Positions 23,501 through 37,016 of a stretch of DNA of 64,000 nt are shown piece by piece. Every line of letters starts with the position of its first letter. The stretch's first letter is position 1. Source of the DNA: Asterias rubens (taxonomy: Eukaryota). A program made the translations under genes and the position numbers. The notes below the pieces were generated by a model. The model saw only the letters and a list, made by a program, of their open reading frames with translations. It ran no database searches and had not been told where the DNA came from. Location: positions 5,208,001 through 5,272,000 of the forward strand of contig NC_047080.1 of the NCBI RefSeq assembly GCF_902459465.1, in the 5' to 3' direction.

Positions 23501-26500
23501 TATTTCCCTTGTCGTGATGTGGTTGACGCATTGCTTGCCCATCAAGGTTAAGTTTTCTAAACCGCAGATATCTGCCTAGCCATCATTTTCATTAATGTTT
23601 GATTCAGATTAATTAAGCTACGCCACTGTTGTTCAATCTTGAAAACATTTCGTAACACAAAGACGAACTTCGCCTTCCTCCATAACATAATAAAACGACG
23701 ACGAGGAACAAGTTTTCTCTCACTGCCTAATTAAATGATACCATCTGGGTTGAATCCCTTCGAGTTTACTTTTTAAGTTTTAACCTCTTAAAATGTAAAT
23801 ACCCGTTTGAGTTTTGGGTATACATGCTGCAACGAAACTTGTGAAAATAGTAGCAAATTTCCATGCAAGTTCACCCAGTTTACTAACGTAAGAATGACCA
23901 TGGTGTATAATTGGTAACAGTAAAAAACCACAACAAATCCCCAAGGTGAAAGTTCTCCATTTTCTCATTCATGGCCAAGTTGTTTGAGGGTATCATTGAT
24001 TAACCCTCAAATGGTCAGACATCAACCCGAAATTATTCCCCTTGGTGATCCTTGAAGTTCACAGCGTGATAAGTTAACGAACGTTGCGGGCATGTCGCGA
24101 TTGCCATGGGGTGGGTTCTAGTGACGTTCCACGGCGGGCTAGTCACGGACCACGTTCCGATGACTGACCTCCCCCTCATCGATGTTCAGTCCACCCACAC
24201 AATGTTTTAATTTTTACTCGAAAAAGTTAAGTTTTAAGAGCGAATAATTATGTCCACGCAGGAAGAATAAGGAATACTCAATCTGAGAAGCGTGTATGCG
24301 GTAACGCTTCTTTGTATTTGATTTTTTGGGGATAAAAAAGATATCTTTTTCCACAACCGTAGTACTTCGAAGTGAAATTTTTCTCAAAATGCATTATACT
24401 TTTCAAAGCTGATGTAATGTCATTTCTTTTCAGTCATTACCAAACTCATATAGACCCTTTAAAATAGTAGATATCACTCAATAAGGAACAAAGAGCTGAC
24501 TTCATCATGGTATGAAACTGACCAGTGTGATCACCACTGTGAAGACAACTCGACACTACCAAGTCGCGCAACCCTATAGCGGCAAAGTAGCGTTTCTGAA
24601 TTTGTTTGAAGTAATACACGTTGCATGGCCACTGATTTACTTATTGTTGCCAGTTTGCAATGTCGATTGTTTCAATTTGCCAAGAGTGAACAAAATGGCA
24701 CCCAGCCAAGCCAAGGAGGTAAAACTACATCCACGGCCAAAAAGCTACGTGTTAAACATAATCCACATGGTTTACAAGAAATTTATGAAGTGGGTAATTC
24801 ATTTGAGATTCGAAGTCTGTGCTCAGCAGACTTGATACTCATTGTTTAAGTTATACTTGTATACTTTCACTAATAGGCACTCACTAACTTTGAATAATTT
24901 GTGAAGAATCCTGTCTTTCCTGTCTTTCTCCATCATTGCACAAAGATGACGAAATAGAACCCATTAGGGTCTGACCTATGACGTCGTTCCACCAAATGAG
25001 AGCTTGGGTAGCAACAGAAGGAACAAGTAAACGATCTTAAGATAAACACCCTCGCGATTCCTGAAGACACTGAATTTCTTGATCACAACGTCACGTTTTC
25101 ATCGTGGCAGAATCTGTCAGCCTTGTTCTTAGAAGAAAAAAGGGGGGGGGGGAATCACAAAGATAGAGATTTATAAATGAGTTCGACACTGACTTTCATC
25201 ACATTACAATCATATTCTTCTTGTGCAGAGGTATTTTATTTCACTCGAAATAGAATCGTGAATAAAACAAACATCATGATGACGTAACGATGACGTAACG
25301 ATGACGAGAGCGCTGAAGATGGACGCCGTAAAAGTCGCATTTTTATAAAGATGTCTACGATGATGAACTACTCTATAACTCTACCATGGGATAGTGTAAG
25401 TTTTGAAAGCACATGATATATATAGTATATACATTGTGTACAGCCAGTCAATAGTAATGTCTGGGAGGTCAGGAAAAAAGTGTTTTGAAGAAGTATACTT
25501 CTTAAAAGTATCTTTACCCCCGGTTCTTAAGAACAACAACAAACAACATAAGTTTATTTTACTTGTTTAGGTCATGTAGCTACTAAGAATCAAAACTACC
25601 TCTCGGGTTCGCTCAAATATAACACGTATAATAACATCTATTACTTATCTCATTTTTGAAGGGGGTGGGGTCTGATGACGTAGTTATGTTTGTACTCATG
25701 TCATTTATATATGACGTCATTATGGGTGTGATACAATCTGTTATGAGGAAAAACAAACGACAAAAGTGTCGACACTCGGATGCCCAATATGTTGGGTTTC
25801 AAGTGGCAATAAATGATGGGGTTTAGTTGAAACAGAAAGAGATAAATTACTATTTGTTATAAATCTCTGACAAATTCTTTCGAATTCCTTCGGCAGTTCT
25901 TTCCAATCTTAGTAGCTACATTAAGTTAACCCGAAATGTTTTATAGTTGTCAATTAGTACATGGATGTACTTTGTATAATTACTTCAACGACATAAAATA
26001 TAACATCTGGAAATTAGTATAGACTATACATATTTTCAAACAAACAAACAAACTTATATAAAAATCAGCGTTTAAACACAAGAAAAATGGCACATTCGGA
26101 GAAGTTGATAGTCATTGCACAGGAAACAGCGCCTCCAACGTCCATAAATAGACAACTTGCAGCAAAAATCCAAAAAGCTTGAGCTTGATCAAAAATGTGA
26201 ACTTCTAAAATTAATATCCGCTAATCACACAATCAAATCTTTATGAAAATTATTGACTATGGCTTGTAATATACAAAACGAAAGCAGTAGAAAAAATTAA
26301 TAAAAACACAAGAGCAATATGCTGGAAAATCTGAATTTGGTAATAATGCAATTTAGATATCTTTTTCAACTTGCATTTGGGTGAAATCCTATCATACCTT
26401 GTTTAATTATTGAAATTCCACAAGGAGAATTCTTTTCAATATGTCGGAAAATGTTTGATTATCAGATTCTTAAAAGTTAAATATTGTTTCAAAGATATCT

Positions 26501-29500
26501 AAATCGCATAAAAGAATATAAATTAAAAAAAGCCCAACTTATGCAAAGTTGTTCATAAGACAACCACAAAAAAAAATAAGCTGAACTTCACTTGTTCAGA
26601 GCACAATGTTAATAATAGAAATGGTAAAGCATTTTGCATAGTTCTTTTTTAGACATAGTAATGTTTTCTTTAAGTACAAAAACAAAATAACTGAATCACA
26701 GCAACTAAAACTATGGAGTGCAATTTCATATTGCAATTCATCTCAATCCATCTGACTTTCCTCTATACCCTTATGTACACTTAACCCTTTATCCATTTTT
26801 GACACAAATGGCACACCATACATGCACACCCATTCATAAATACAATTAAACTTAATCAAACGTAATAAACTGGAATGTGGTTAACAAGATGTCTTCTATA
26901 TCCTATGGTATATATAACTTGTTAAAACTTGGACTACTGATTTGCGATTCCAATTCAAAAGGTGCCTACTAATGATAAATTTTTATTAGGAAATTAGTAC
27001 TAGTTAACTTAATATTGATCACTCACTGATTGATTAAGTACTTGAATGATCGATGATTGATTGATTGATTAATTGAATTCAAGAAGAAAAAGAAACTTTG
27101 ACGAGTTTAAACTCTCCAATCACAACCCATTATGGTAAAACCCATTATCTTTCTCTCTCAAAATTATTCTACAAAAAACTGTCCATTTGTCAGACTAAAA
27201 ATCCTTTTCTAGAAAAATTGTGTGTAAATTTCAAACAAAACAGCGTGCAATAATTTAAAAATGTTTTCCAAAAAACAAAATCCCAAGAAATATCTACAGC
27301 AATTTATGGATGTGTTAAAATAGAATTGAATGTCAATATTTTAAGACTGACTAAGCACGCCATACATCGATTATAGGAAAATTTCTTAGACAGATACCTT
27401 GGATAGCGTTTATATGGTTTACATGGACTGAGTATTGGGTACCAGTCTGGTAATAAATTGAACAAAGTTAACTCCCATTTATGGTATGAAAAGACACCCA
27501 AAAGTCACATGATTATTTTCAGACAATGATAAAAATTACTTGGATTGTTTACATCATGGTCGGGTGAAATGAGAAGATGCAAGTAGTCTAAGGTTACGAG
27601 TCTGGGGTCCAGACACTGATGCGTTAATTGGTAATACGCATCGCGTCAAAAGTACTAGTTACTATAACGACTCCAAAAAGGATCCAATCAGAAAGACACC
27701 TTTGCCGGAAAGATGGCTGTTAGAATTTAGGTGATATATAGACATAGTTCTACTGTCCTATGTTGTAAGATTATCATGCTTAAGTTACAGTAACATCTAG
27801 CTAAATATCTCTACTTATAATTGAACTTGGCTATGTAGAATTTGCAGATAAATTTATTGTTCCGTTAAAGCTTATAAATATTCATTAGATTCTACAGCTT
27901 CCTAAAGGTCAGGGGTCAACAACATGGTGAATCCGTGTTACAGATAGAAGGTTAAAATTACATAAAGTATAGATTGTGTGTGTTTGTGTTTTGGGCTAAG
28001 AATGTTTGAAGCAGGAAACCAGTGAGGCTTACATTACTTAAAGATTGGCTGGTAGCACGCTCCAATTCTGCTAAGCATGATTGATTTAATGCTAAGCTAC
28101 ACCGCTACACCATGCTATTGATCCATGACCAAGAAGCTAAATAATCAAATGATTAAAGAGATTGAATTCGCTTAGCAGGGAATTGTAACACTGAAATATG
28201 ACACAGTGCCCAATCGAATACTACACTAACACTCATAGTCCCCCACATTGATTAATTAAGTTGTAATAAAAAAATGCATTTTTAGAAATTTTGCTATGTT
28301 TATATATAGATTTATATATAGTGTTAATTCAAATATTAATTTGTACAATATTAATATTCACCAATGAAATAACAAAATGAAATATTTATGTATATTTGAT
28401 GTAACTGTCCAATTGTCATGAACCGTTAGCATATTTGCTGGCATTTAGTATTTACACACAAAGGAAAGCATTTGGTATAGGCTAAATAACAGAACTTATT
28501 GGTCCATTGCAAAGGAAACATTGATAGATGTAGTTGGTGGATCACTGTAACAATAGTTTCTTAAAGACACCTTTAAGATTTCTATTCAAACAGGAAAGTC
28601 TAGATGTGAAACTGTCTTTGTTTTGTTTGCATGGGGTAATAATGAAAGAACCAATGTTTTCAGTCCAAGAAGTAAACCACAACGGTTTAAATGCAGTAGA
28701 AACAGCTAACTCTCCTTACAATTTACTTTTTTAATTTAACTTTAAAAAATGTGCTATACATGGCTATTAAGTGACCAGTCAAATGCATTGGTTTGTACAC
28801 GAGTATGTATTACTCAATCTGGTTAAATTTGCCAACACGTCAAATCAGGCAAGTGTCGCCCAAAATATGGAGCTGTTGACGAAGGAGGAATCAAAACTGT
28901 CTGACATCACTGCATCAATAAGTAGCACCCCAACAAAATGGAATAACCGGTAGGTTCTCTCATCGTACACAGTGTACGAATGTTCCATTGTGTGTTAAGG
29001 GGTAATGTTTTGTCTTGAATGCAAGCTTTTTATCAGTTTGACAATCCATAGTTTGGGAGACGTTTTTGATAATTTCTGTAACATATAGTCCTGTAGTATT
29101 TGAAATATATAAAAAATCCTAAATCTTCAAATGCAAATATTCAAAAAAAGAAGTCAATCTGATTTAAATCCTGATAATGTGTTAATCTCCATGGTAACAC
29201 GTGGATCTTTAAAAACAATTCTTCCCCATTTTGTTTTTCCTTGAAACTTAAAAAAGGATCTACAACAACACCTTAGTCTTCTGAATCTTTGCATTTTAGA
29301 GTAAAAATGTTTAAACAGCTTTTTTTTAATGTAAATTTTTAACACTGAAGCTATTTTACAAAAAAAGTTGATGTATTAGATACATACCCCTCTGCACTGG
29401 TTACATAATTGAACAGGGATCTTTTCTCAGACTTCTGTCCAATGTAGAAAAGTCAACCAGTTCTGTATTTTCTTTCGACTGAAGATGTGCCACTACCAGT

Positions 29501-29727
29501 AGGTATTACCGTCTATAAACTTGATAATTCAAGAAGAACTGAGGACTATGTAGCCTTCACTTGTGAATAATGTCAGGTAATGAATTAGAATTCTCCAGCA
29601 AGGGTTATAGGTTTTCAAGAGTTGAAGGATGAATATATAAGATGGTAGATGTTTGCATTGCTTTAAGAAGACGTTCCAACAAGAAACCAACAAAGAAGAA
29701 CAGGTTGTTTCTTGGTGTGTTCCTGGA

Positions 29728-30521
29728 TCATGCCCATTCGTCTTCTTCTGTATCTGAATAACCAGCTATTGTTCCTCCATTTCCTTCCCTGCCGTGCCGA
29801 CGCCCATGTCCTCTTGACACACCCTGCGGAGCTCGACGAGGACTGTGTGCCTGCGTTCCATGACCACGCCCTTTTGAGACCGATGATCCAGGGCGGTATC
29901 CATTGGGTAGGCGTGGATCGACCACGCCCTGATCTGCTGGGTCTTGAGTACGCATCACCGCCTCGTATTGTGGTGGTCGGTCGTCGATGGAAAATGGAGG
30001 TGGAGTGGAACGAGTCTCGGGATGACGAGATTCTTTACTACGTGGATGTGAGAGAGGTTGTCGGACAGGACTTGAGTCTTTAGAGCGAGAGGTACCGGCT
30101 GATCGAGGTCGTGGCCTTGGGGTGCCTGATAGGCTCCCTGTTTGATGATTTGAGGGTCTAACCTCACCTGGTACCGGGGGTAGCCGACGCCCAGGGGTAC
30201 GTCGTACCATTCCGGGGCTATACTCAGTCTCTGGTAAGTGCTCGGCACTCTGTGCTTTCTTACTCGGTGTTGAAACAGCGACGATGTCTCTCTTAGATGG
30301 GGACGGTCGACGAGGTTTGGATTTCTCCTGGCTGAAGGTCTCATCATGTCGAGGTTCGTAGCGTTGCTCACGAGGCTGACGTTTACCGTTTGGGGTTCCA
30401 CGGGGTGGATGGTCCTCATGAGGTACCCGGTGGGTGGGCGTTTGGGGTAAATAAGGATGTGCAGAGGGGTCTGGTTGGTCTACCTGCGGTATCCTCCGTC
30501 GTATTGGTGATGGGGACCGTC
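29728..30521 (-). CDS. CACNA1A/B/E: CaV2 (P/Q/N/R-type) calcium channel alpha-1, terminal coding exon
   Basis: Acceptor ttgtctag|GA; 794 nt open to TGA; contains YLPQTP and GRRLPPVP (resembling RIM-BP SH3 ligands) and ends GYSDTEEDEWA*, like the acidic D/E-x-W-C PDZ ligand of CaV2 channels. Confidence 0.9.
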
Positions 30522-32026
30522 CTAGACAATCAATCAAGACAGGTGATTTAGCAATCAATTTCAATCAATTTTCTCAATCAATAAACATTGCTCTGATATC
30601 AGAACTTTTTTTTTTTTTTACCCCAATAAAATGTGGTCGGAATTCCTAACCCCTTGGATTTTAAAAAGGTTTTTGTTTCTTTGAAAGTTTTCTTGTAATG
30701 TTAAAGGATAACTTTCCCCCAAAACCAACTATTTTTACATAAAAAAAAATGGGTCAAAAATACAGAAAATAAAGACAGTCGAAATGTTACACATAAAGGG
30801 GCATTAGTTTGGATAATTTAGTAACAGAAATGGAACAAAAAACACCAAAATTATTGAGTAAAAGATTAATTATGATTATGGTGGAATTGAAAATGTAAGA
30901 AAATTATGTGTTAAGATGAGTTAATGACCAAACGGACAAATTAAACAATGTTAAGAGTTTCATTTTAGAATAAATGCAAATCAAGAAGAGATAGTCTTGC
31001 ATAACCAAAAAAATATCGCTTTTCGGAATTCTACAAATTTATTGAAATAATAAAAAAATCTAAATGATATTTTTTTTCTTGGAAAGAAATAAGAGTAAAA
31101 GCTCAAACCAAACAGTGCGCATGTAATGCTTTGAAAGAAAAATTGATTTGTTGGGGGGTGATGAAACCATAGTAAGCAACACATTCAAAATTCAAAATTA
31201 ATTGCAAAACAACAAAACTGCAATTTATAAAAACTGTGAGTTTACAGACGATTTCTGCGGAGAATGGATAGACGGTGCTGTGGTAGTAACTAAAATGCAA
31301 GAAAATACACCTTTTTTTATCTGAACTTTAAACACTGAGCGAAACTCTTGGAGAGCAAGCGATGAAAGGAGTTGCTTTTTTTTTATTCAGAGAGGAGGAA
31401 CAGGGAATGGTGGAAATATTGGGGTACTTTCTTTAGCCGATGGAGGCAGGAGGAGATGATTTTTGAAAATTTGCTTTTACTTGATTTACAGAAATTAATG
31501 AATTTGAGATTTTTAAATAGCTTTTTTTTTATGGTGGGTGGTGGCTGGTAAGGGGGAGTGCTTTTTAAAATTTTGTTTTTCATTTCCGAAGAATAATGCC
31601 AATTCTGAGAGGGAGTGAAACAGGGTGGATGTTGGCGATTAGCAGATGAGGCTATAGAGACCTTGAAGCAAGATGATTGTTACTTTGTCTCAGTACCTTT
31701 CCTCATCACCAAAACCCTTCAATTGTAATACATAAAAAAAATGTGACAATAAGATAAAACAAAACGGGCTCTTCCACTTATTTTGAGGGCAAATTGGGTA
31801 TTAACACATCAGAACTAAATACTTGCCAACAAGAAGGCAAACAATTGAGTGATTTGGATTATTTTTTTAGGGTAAATAATCTTTGAGTGTCTTCGTGACT
31901 TTGAGACATTTTCCTGGTTTTCTCTGATTTGAAGAAGGAGGCAAAAAAAAAGTAAAAATACAGTATCCAGACGTGCAGATGTAATGGTGACATGTGTTTT
32001 TAGAGGTAGTGGCTAGGTGAGCATAC

Positions 32027-32096
32027 CTGACCCTAGAAGGGGTTGGGATGAGGACGCGCTCTCCTCCGAGTCAAGTCTTTCTCTTCGGGATGCACC
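32027..32096 (-). CDS. CACNA1A/B/E: CaV2 tail exon (GASRRERLDSEESASSSQPLLGS-G), phase 0 to 1
   Basis: ataaccaag|GGT...TCAG|gtatgc; exactly supplies the phase needed between the 1254-nt exon and the terminal exon. Confidence 0.8.
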
Positions 32097-33138
32097 CTTG
32101 GTTATAGACAAAAACGTCTTGAAATTAGGCAAAGTAAAACCCAACTCAATTAATCAAATACAAGATGAACAACTCAAAAACAATCTGTCAAAGTATCTGG
32201 GGAAGCACAGCGCTGTATGCTGATTCAACAAATCAGGCAATCAACTAAATCATGCGTTTAGATTATCTCAACATAAAATTGTAAATAAGGGTTATTGTCA
32301 ACTTAACTACATACATCCCTTTTTTATAAATTAATGTATTGAACTTAAAAAAATAAAATAATTAGAAAAGCAATGCTTGTTTTTTGTTTGTTTAATGATC
32401 ATGCATGGCATGCAGGTAGCTGGTTATGTGGACCATTATGGAAAACCATGCAAGGATTTCTGTGCGTGAAATTAATAAATGGCATTTAACGGTGTCTCCA
32501 CAAGATGATAGGGGGAAATAAAAACACAGACAGGCAGCTAGTGAGGAGGACAAACAGAAAGCGGCAAGTCAATGGGCAATGATGCAGGGACATGGAGAAG
32601 AAAAGAAAGAACGAAAGAGAAAAGAAGATCTACATTCGGGGGAAGCACAAAAATTTTAAATAACTGCCGGAAAAAGTTGGTGCATGTCTTCAGTCTTAAC
32701 GCCTTTTTTTTGTTTTTTGTTTTTTTAAAAATCAGATTGAATTTTGTTTTTATTTAAATCAGAGTAAAATTTTGTTTTGAAGTTTCTCTTGAAGTTTGAT
32801 CAAACTTGAAAAAAGCGAGGTTGGTGGTTGTTATAGTGGGGTCAGGCCAGGTACTTGTTATTAGGATAGGAGCTAGGAGAGAGACTCATGAAGAACAGGT
32901 TATTTTTTTATGAGTTTTTTGAAAGAGTGAAGCACAAGAGTTGAAATGATGGATATTTAGGAAGCTTAGGAAGGGGGAAGACTGACGGGCAGACCAGAGG
33001 AGGTGGTATACTCGACAATAGGACAAAAAACGGACACCGCATTGCCAGGCTAGGTGATGAACCAGTGACTGACTGATTGTACTGCCAGGCTATCTATAGG
33101 GGACAATCAGGTGATTGAGAGTATGCAAATGAAGTCAC

Positions 33139-34392
33139 CTCATCTGGTCTGGGTCTGGTACCCTTCGCGTTCTGCTTCCGTTGGCTCGGTATCCCAGCTC
33201 CCTCATATTGGGTATTGTCATCCACATCGTCACGCCCTAATTCCTCTCTGTGTTTCCGTCGTTGTTTGCTATTAGAGGGGTGGGGATAGTTATCGGGCTC
33301 TGTCATATCTTGCTCTAGTCTGACTTTACGTGATGCATCATGCGAGTCAGATGTTCTGTGTCTACCACCGGATTGAGACCCATGGGGTTCCCCGGTATGG
33401 GTTGGATTACTATTCTCATCAATGTAAACCCCTTCTTTACGTCTACTACTACTTCTAGATCTAGTATGACGTTTGTCATCTAATCTGAGATTCTGATTGA
33501 TGTCTTGGGTATCGTAAGGGGTGCTAGCATAGGGTTGGTTTCTATTTCCCTGACCTTGTGTTATAAACTCAGGCATACTAGGGGAGGTGTAGCGTTTGTT
33601 TGTCTTGTTCTTTTCAAATGAAGGTAGGCTTTGGGAGATGGACATACCGGAGGAGTCCACCGGGGAATGTCTCTGACTCGTTGGGGAGTCTGCGTAATCG
33701 CTCGGACTATCGCGATAGCGGTCATCTGATTTCCGATGCCGATCCCGATGTGGACGTGGATGTGAATTTGGTTTGTCTAGCCTTGTCTCAATCTCTTTCC
33801 TTTTATGGGTGGATGCCCGTTCAGGATCTTGGGAGTGGGACCCCCTCCTTTTAAGATTCGCACTGTTATCAAGATGTTTGGAAGAGTGTCTGTTTTTGTT
33901 TGAGGGTGGTTCCCCGTCTTCAAATCTAACTTCTGAGACTGTACTAGGGTGCCTAGAGGGTGTTCTGAGAGATTCTCGACTAGAATCTGGTCTAACATCA
34001 CGATTGCTTCGCCTTAGTCTACTATCTTGATGTTCAAGCTCCCTTAAGTTATCATAGCTATAAGAATCTGATGGATGCTGGGGTGGCAAGGCTCTTTGAG
34101 GTTTGGGATCAACGGAAGAAGCTGGTTGTTCGGTTTTCCTATCTAAGTTATTCCTAGAACTACTTTTACTTATATGACCTCGTGGGACACCATAAGGAAA
34201 TTCTTGAGGGTATGAGGGTCTTTCACGACTTGGTCGTCGTTCTCTAAGATAAGGGTCGTTAGGATTAAGGCCATCTCGTTGTCGAGGCCTGCCGCGATCT
34301 TGATTTTTAGGCCGAGAGGAAATTGGAGGTGGCTGAAGACTGGGTATATTGTGATGAGAGGAACTGGACGATGGATGTCTATCCATCGACTG
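33139..34392 (-). CDS. CACNA1A/B/E: CaV2 tail, large 1254-nt low-complexity exon (418 aa, R/S/P/D/H-rich), phase 0 to 0
   Basis: 430-codon ORF in AT-rich DNA; polypyrimidine tract + ctctag|CAG; donor GAG|gtgact. Confidence 0.8.
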
Positions 34393-36617
34393 CTAGAGTC
34401 CGGAGAGATTTTAAAAAAGAAGCATGAAAAAAACAAAATCAAAAAACAAACAATGACAAGCTCACAAAATCAAAATGAATCAGCAGTTTTTTACGAAAAT
34501 CACTGGCAAAACTTGATGATAGAGAGAGAGAGATATTGAAGGTGAGCCGGCACGGTGGCTGTGTTGGGACCTGATAGCTGTCACGGATCATGATGGATGA
34601 AGCAAATCAAACAATCGGCCAACTGAAATAATGAGTGATTACTCAAAATTGAAAAGAAATGTATGTAAAGACTCCATGCAATGTAGTCTGAAATAAAGAG
34701 GAAATGAATCGTGAATGTTTCAAATGGAAATATGATCAGAAAAGACTTTAGAAATGCAAATTGTCAATCCAATTGTATGATCAATACAAAATAATAAGCA
34801 ACGGTCATCAAAATAGCATCTTTTGTTGTAGTGTTTATAAAAATTTCCAAAAAGAATGAAAGCTTTGTGTCAAAATTCTTGAATACTTTCAGTGTAAAAT
34901 TTGTAACTTGAAAATCAAACCTCAAACTAAATAAGCCAATAACATTTTTTTTGTGAAGGGTTTTTATAAATGCTCTATTGATTTAAAAAAAACAAGTGTT
35001 TTTCTCAGAGGTTATTGCGGGGTGAAATGTGTCTTAATTTTCTCAAAATTGAAGTTTATCTCCCACATTATTGAGTGATTTTTCCCCTCAGCCTTTTCTG
35101 ATCAAGAAAGCACATAGATAAAACTATTGCTGACTTCACATGCAGTGAATGCATAAAGTGGATCCAATGACATGTATCAAATGAAATAAACTTAACAAGC
35201 ATTTTCATCTTATTACTGAAAAATCAACAACAAAAAATAGCTGCCTATACAGTTTGCCCTGGTCTTGAATGGTACATTAATTTGTCAGTAAATAATTGCC
35301 AACTTATCAATTAGCATTTGAAAACATAACTGTAAAAGTTTGTAGTTGGTAGCATTTGAAACTCTGAGAAACAAAATCGCTCCATCTTTGAGAAAATTAT
35401 AACCAAATGTGTTGAAGTTAAAAAGTCAACAGCTAAATAAATCCCTTGCAAACAATTATTCATAATAGAAGTAACTTGGTGGCCAGTTTTTAATTTTGAA
35501 GCAATTTGCAGAACAATTTGAACTGATCAAACCTGATCTTCAAAATGGGTTTTTCTCAAAAAATCAAGCAGTTTTTGTTGTTGCAAAATATTCAGAGGTT
35601 TTTGTAGTTGTTTCTTGATAACTATTGGAGTGAGTGTGCTCTTCCAAATACCAATGATTTACCACATCTATAAATGATTAAATTATTGTTCTACCTGAAA
35701 TAAAATAATGAATATTGCTGAATGAGAAACTTTTGTAAAATTGTTAATTTCAGGGTATCAAATCAAGTTTTCACAATTAAAAATATTACTATTTATACCA
35801 CAATAACAGACACAATTTATACAAAGCAAAAACTAACATACAAATTCAAAATGGCAGCCCTCAATTCATACATTTTTCTATTGAGGGTTTCAATAACATT
35901 GCAAACTCCCTTTTAGTTTTATATAATTTGTTTTCTTGATGACCACTTCCTCTCTAGGAAGGTCAAGCCAGACCACAAAGTGACCGCAGACTTGTGAAAC
36001 TTCCCCAGGGTGAATAAATCACATTTAATTGGAAGCGTTTGACGGTGACATGACCACCAATTATTTCTGATTTATCCTTGATTTTGCTGAACACGAATAA
36101 GTACAGGGTTATTGGGGATAATAATTTTCGTACCACCCCCGAAATACAATTCTTTTTACTTTTTACCAATTATGTTCATGCAGAAAATGAGCAAACATTT
36201 TCAAAATAAGTTCAAATTCTTGTTAAGGCTTCTGCTTTTTTGCATTTTATTTTTAATAGAAAAACATTGATGCAGGTCTTGAACGACTGAAAGTGCCATA
36301 TTTTTTAAACACAAAATAATGTATTTTATTAATAATTGTTGCCATCAAACAAATAAACATGACCGAAATGAGGCCATAAAGAATAATAGTCTTGTTTCTC
36401 ACTTAAAAAACAAGTGTGAGCTGGAAATGGCTAGAAAATGATAAGACTCTACAACACAGGCAAACTAGCATAAAAACAGAACACATTATTACGCTTAAAT
36501 GTTGAAGTCTATTTTATGAATGACAAATCACATGACTGTACTAAAAACGTCTTGAAAATATATAAGAAATGATGACAACACCCAGAGAAAGAAAGGATGT
36601 ATTGTAAATGTACTTAC

Positions 36618-36698
36618 CTTCTTCTCTATTGAACCTGAGCCAGATCTTGGAATCTCTGGATGAGCATCTTGGTATTTTATATCCGCCATTTCAATACC
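36618..36698 (-). CDS. CACNA1A/B/E: CaV2 tail exon (GIEMADIKYQDAHPEIPRSGSGSIEKK), phase 0 to 0
   Basis: ttttttag|GGT...AAG|gtaagt; resembles the SVEMREM exon of vertebrate CaV2.1. Confidence 0.85.
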
Positions 36699-37016
36699 CT
36701 AAAAAACAGTCAGATAACATATACAGTTATATACAACAATATCAAAAGGTTAGGGGGGCTTTTAAAAGTAATTTCTCAACAAAACTTACAAATTCTACCC
36801 TATACATTTAGAGTCAATCATAACACACATATTATTTGCTTTTTGATCTTGTTAACGTCTGCTGAAAAAATGGTTTCCACTGGTGTGTAGTTCCACTTTA
36901 GACAACCATCTTGGCGTCATCTGGAAAACTGTGTATTACTTATCAATAACTTGTGATAAAATGTTAAGGCACAGCAAGTGTTAGTAGATTTTGAATCCCA
37001 CGGCAATCTCGCTTAC

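Noticed and set aside
29712-30419. Overlapping ORFs (123 aa on +, 154 aa on -) over the CaV2 terminal exon, and plus-strand ORFs over 33600-34030
   Set aside because: Shadow frames of GC-richer coding exons; no independent evidence.
34500-34590. Possible exon with SQHSHRAGSPS, loosely like the RAASMPRL motif
   Set aside because: The phase is incompatible with the upstream exon and there is no credible donor.
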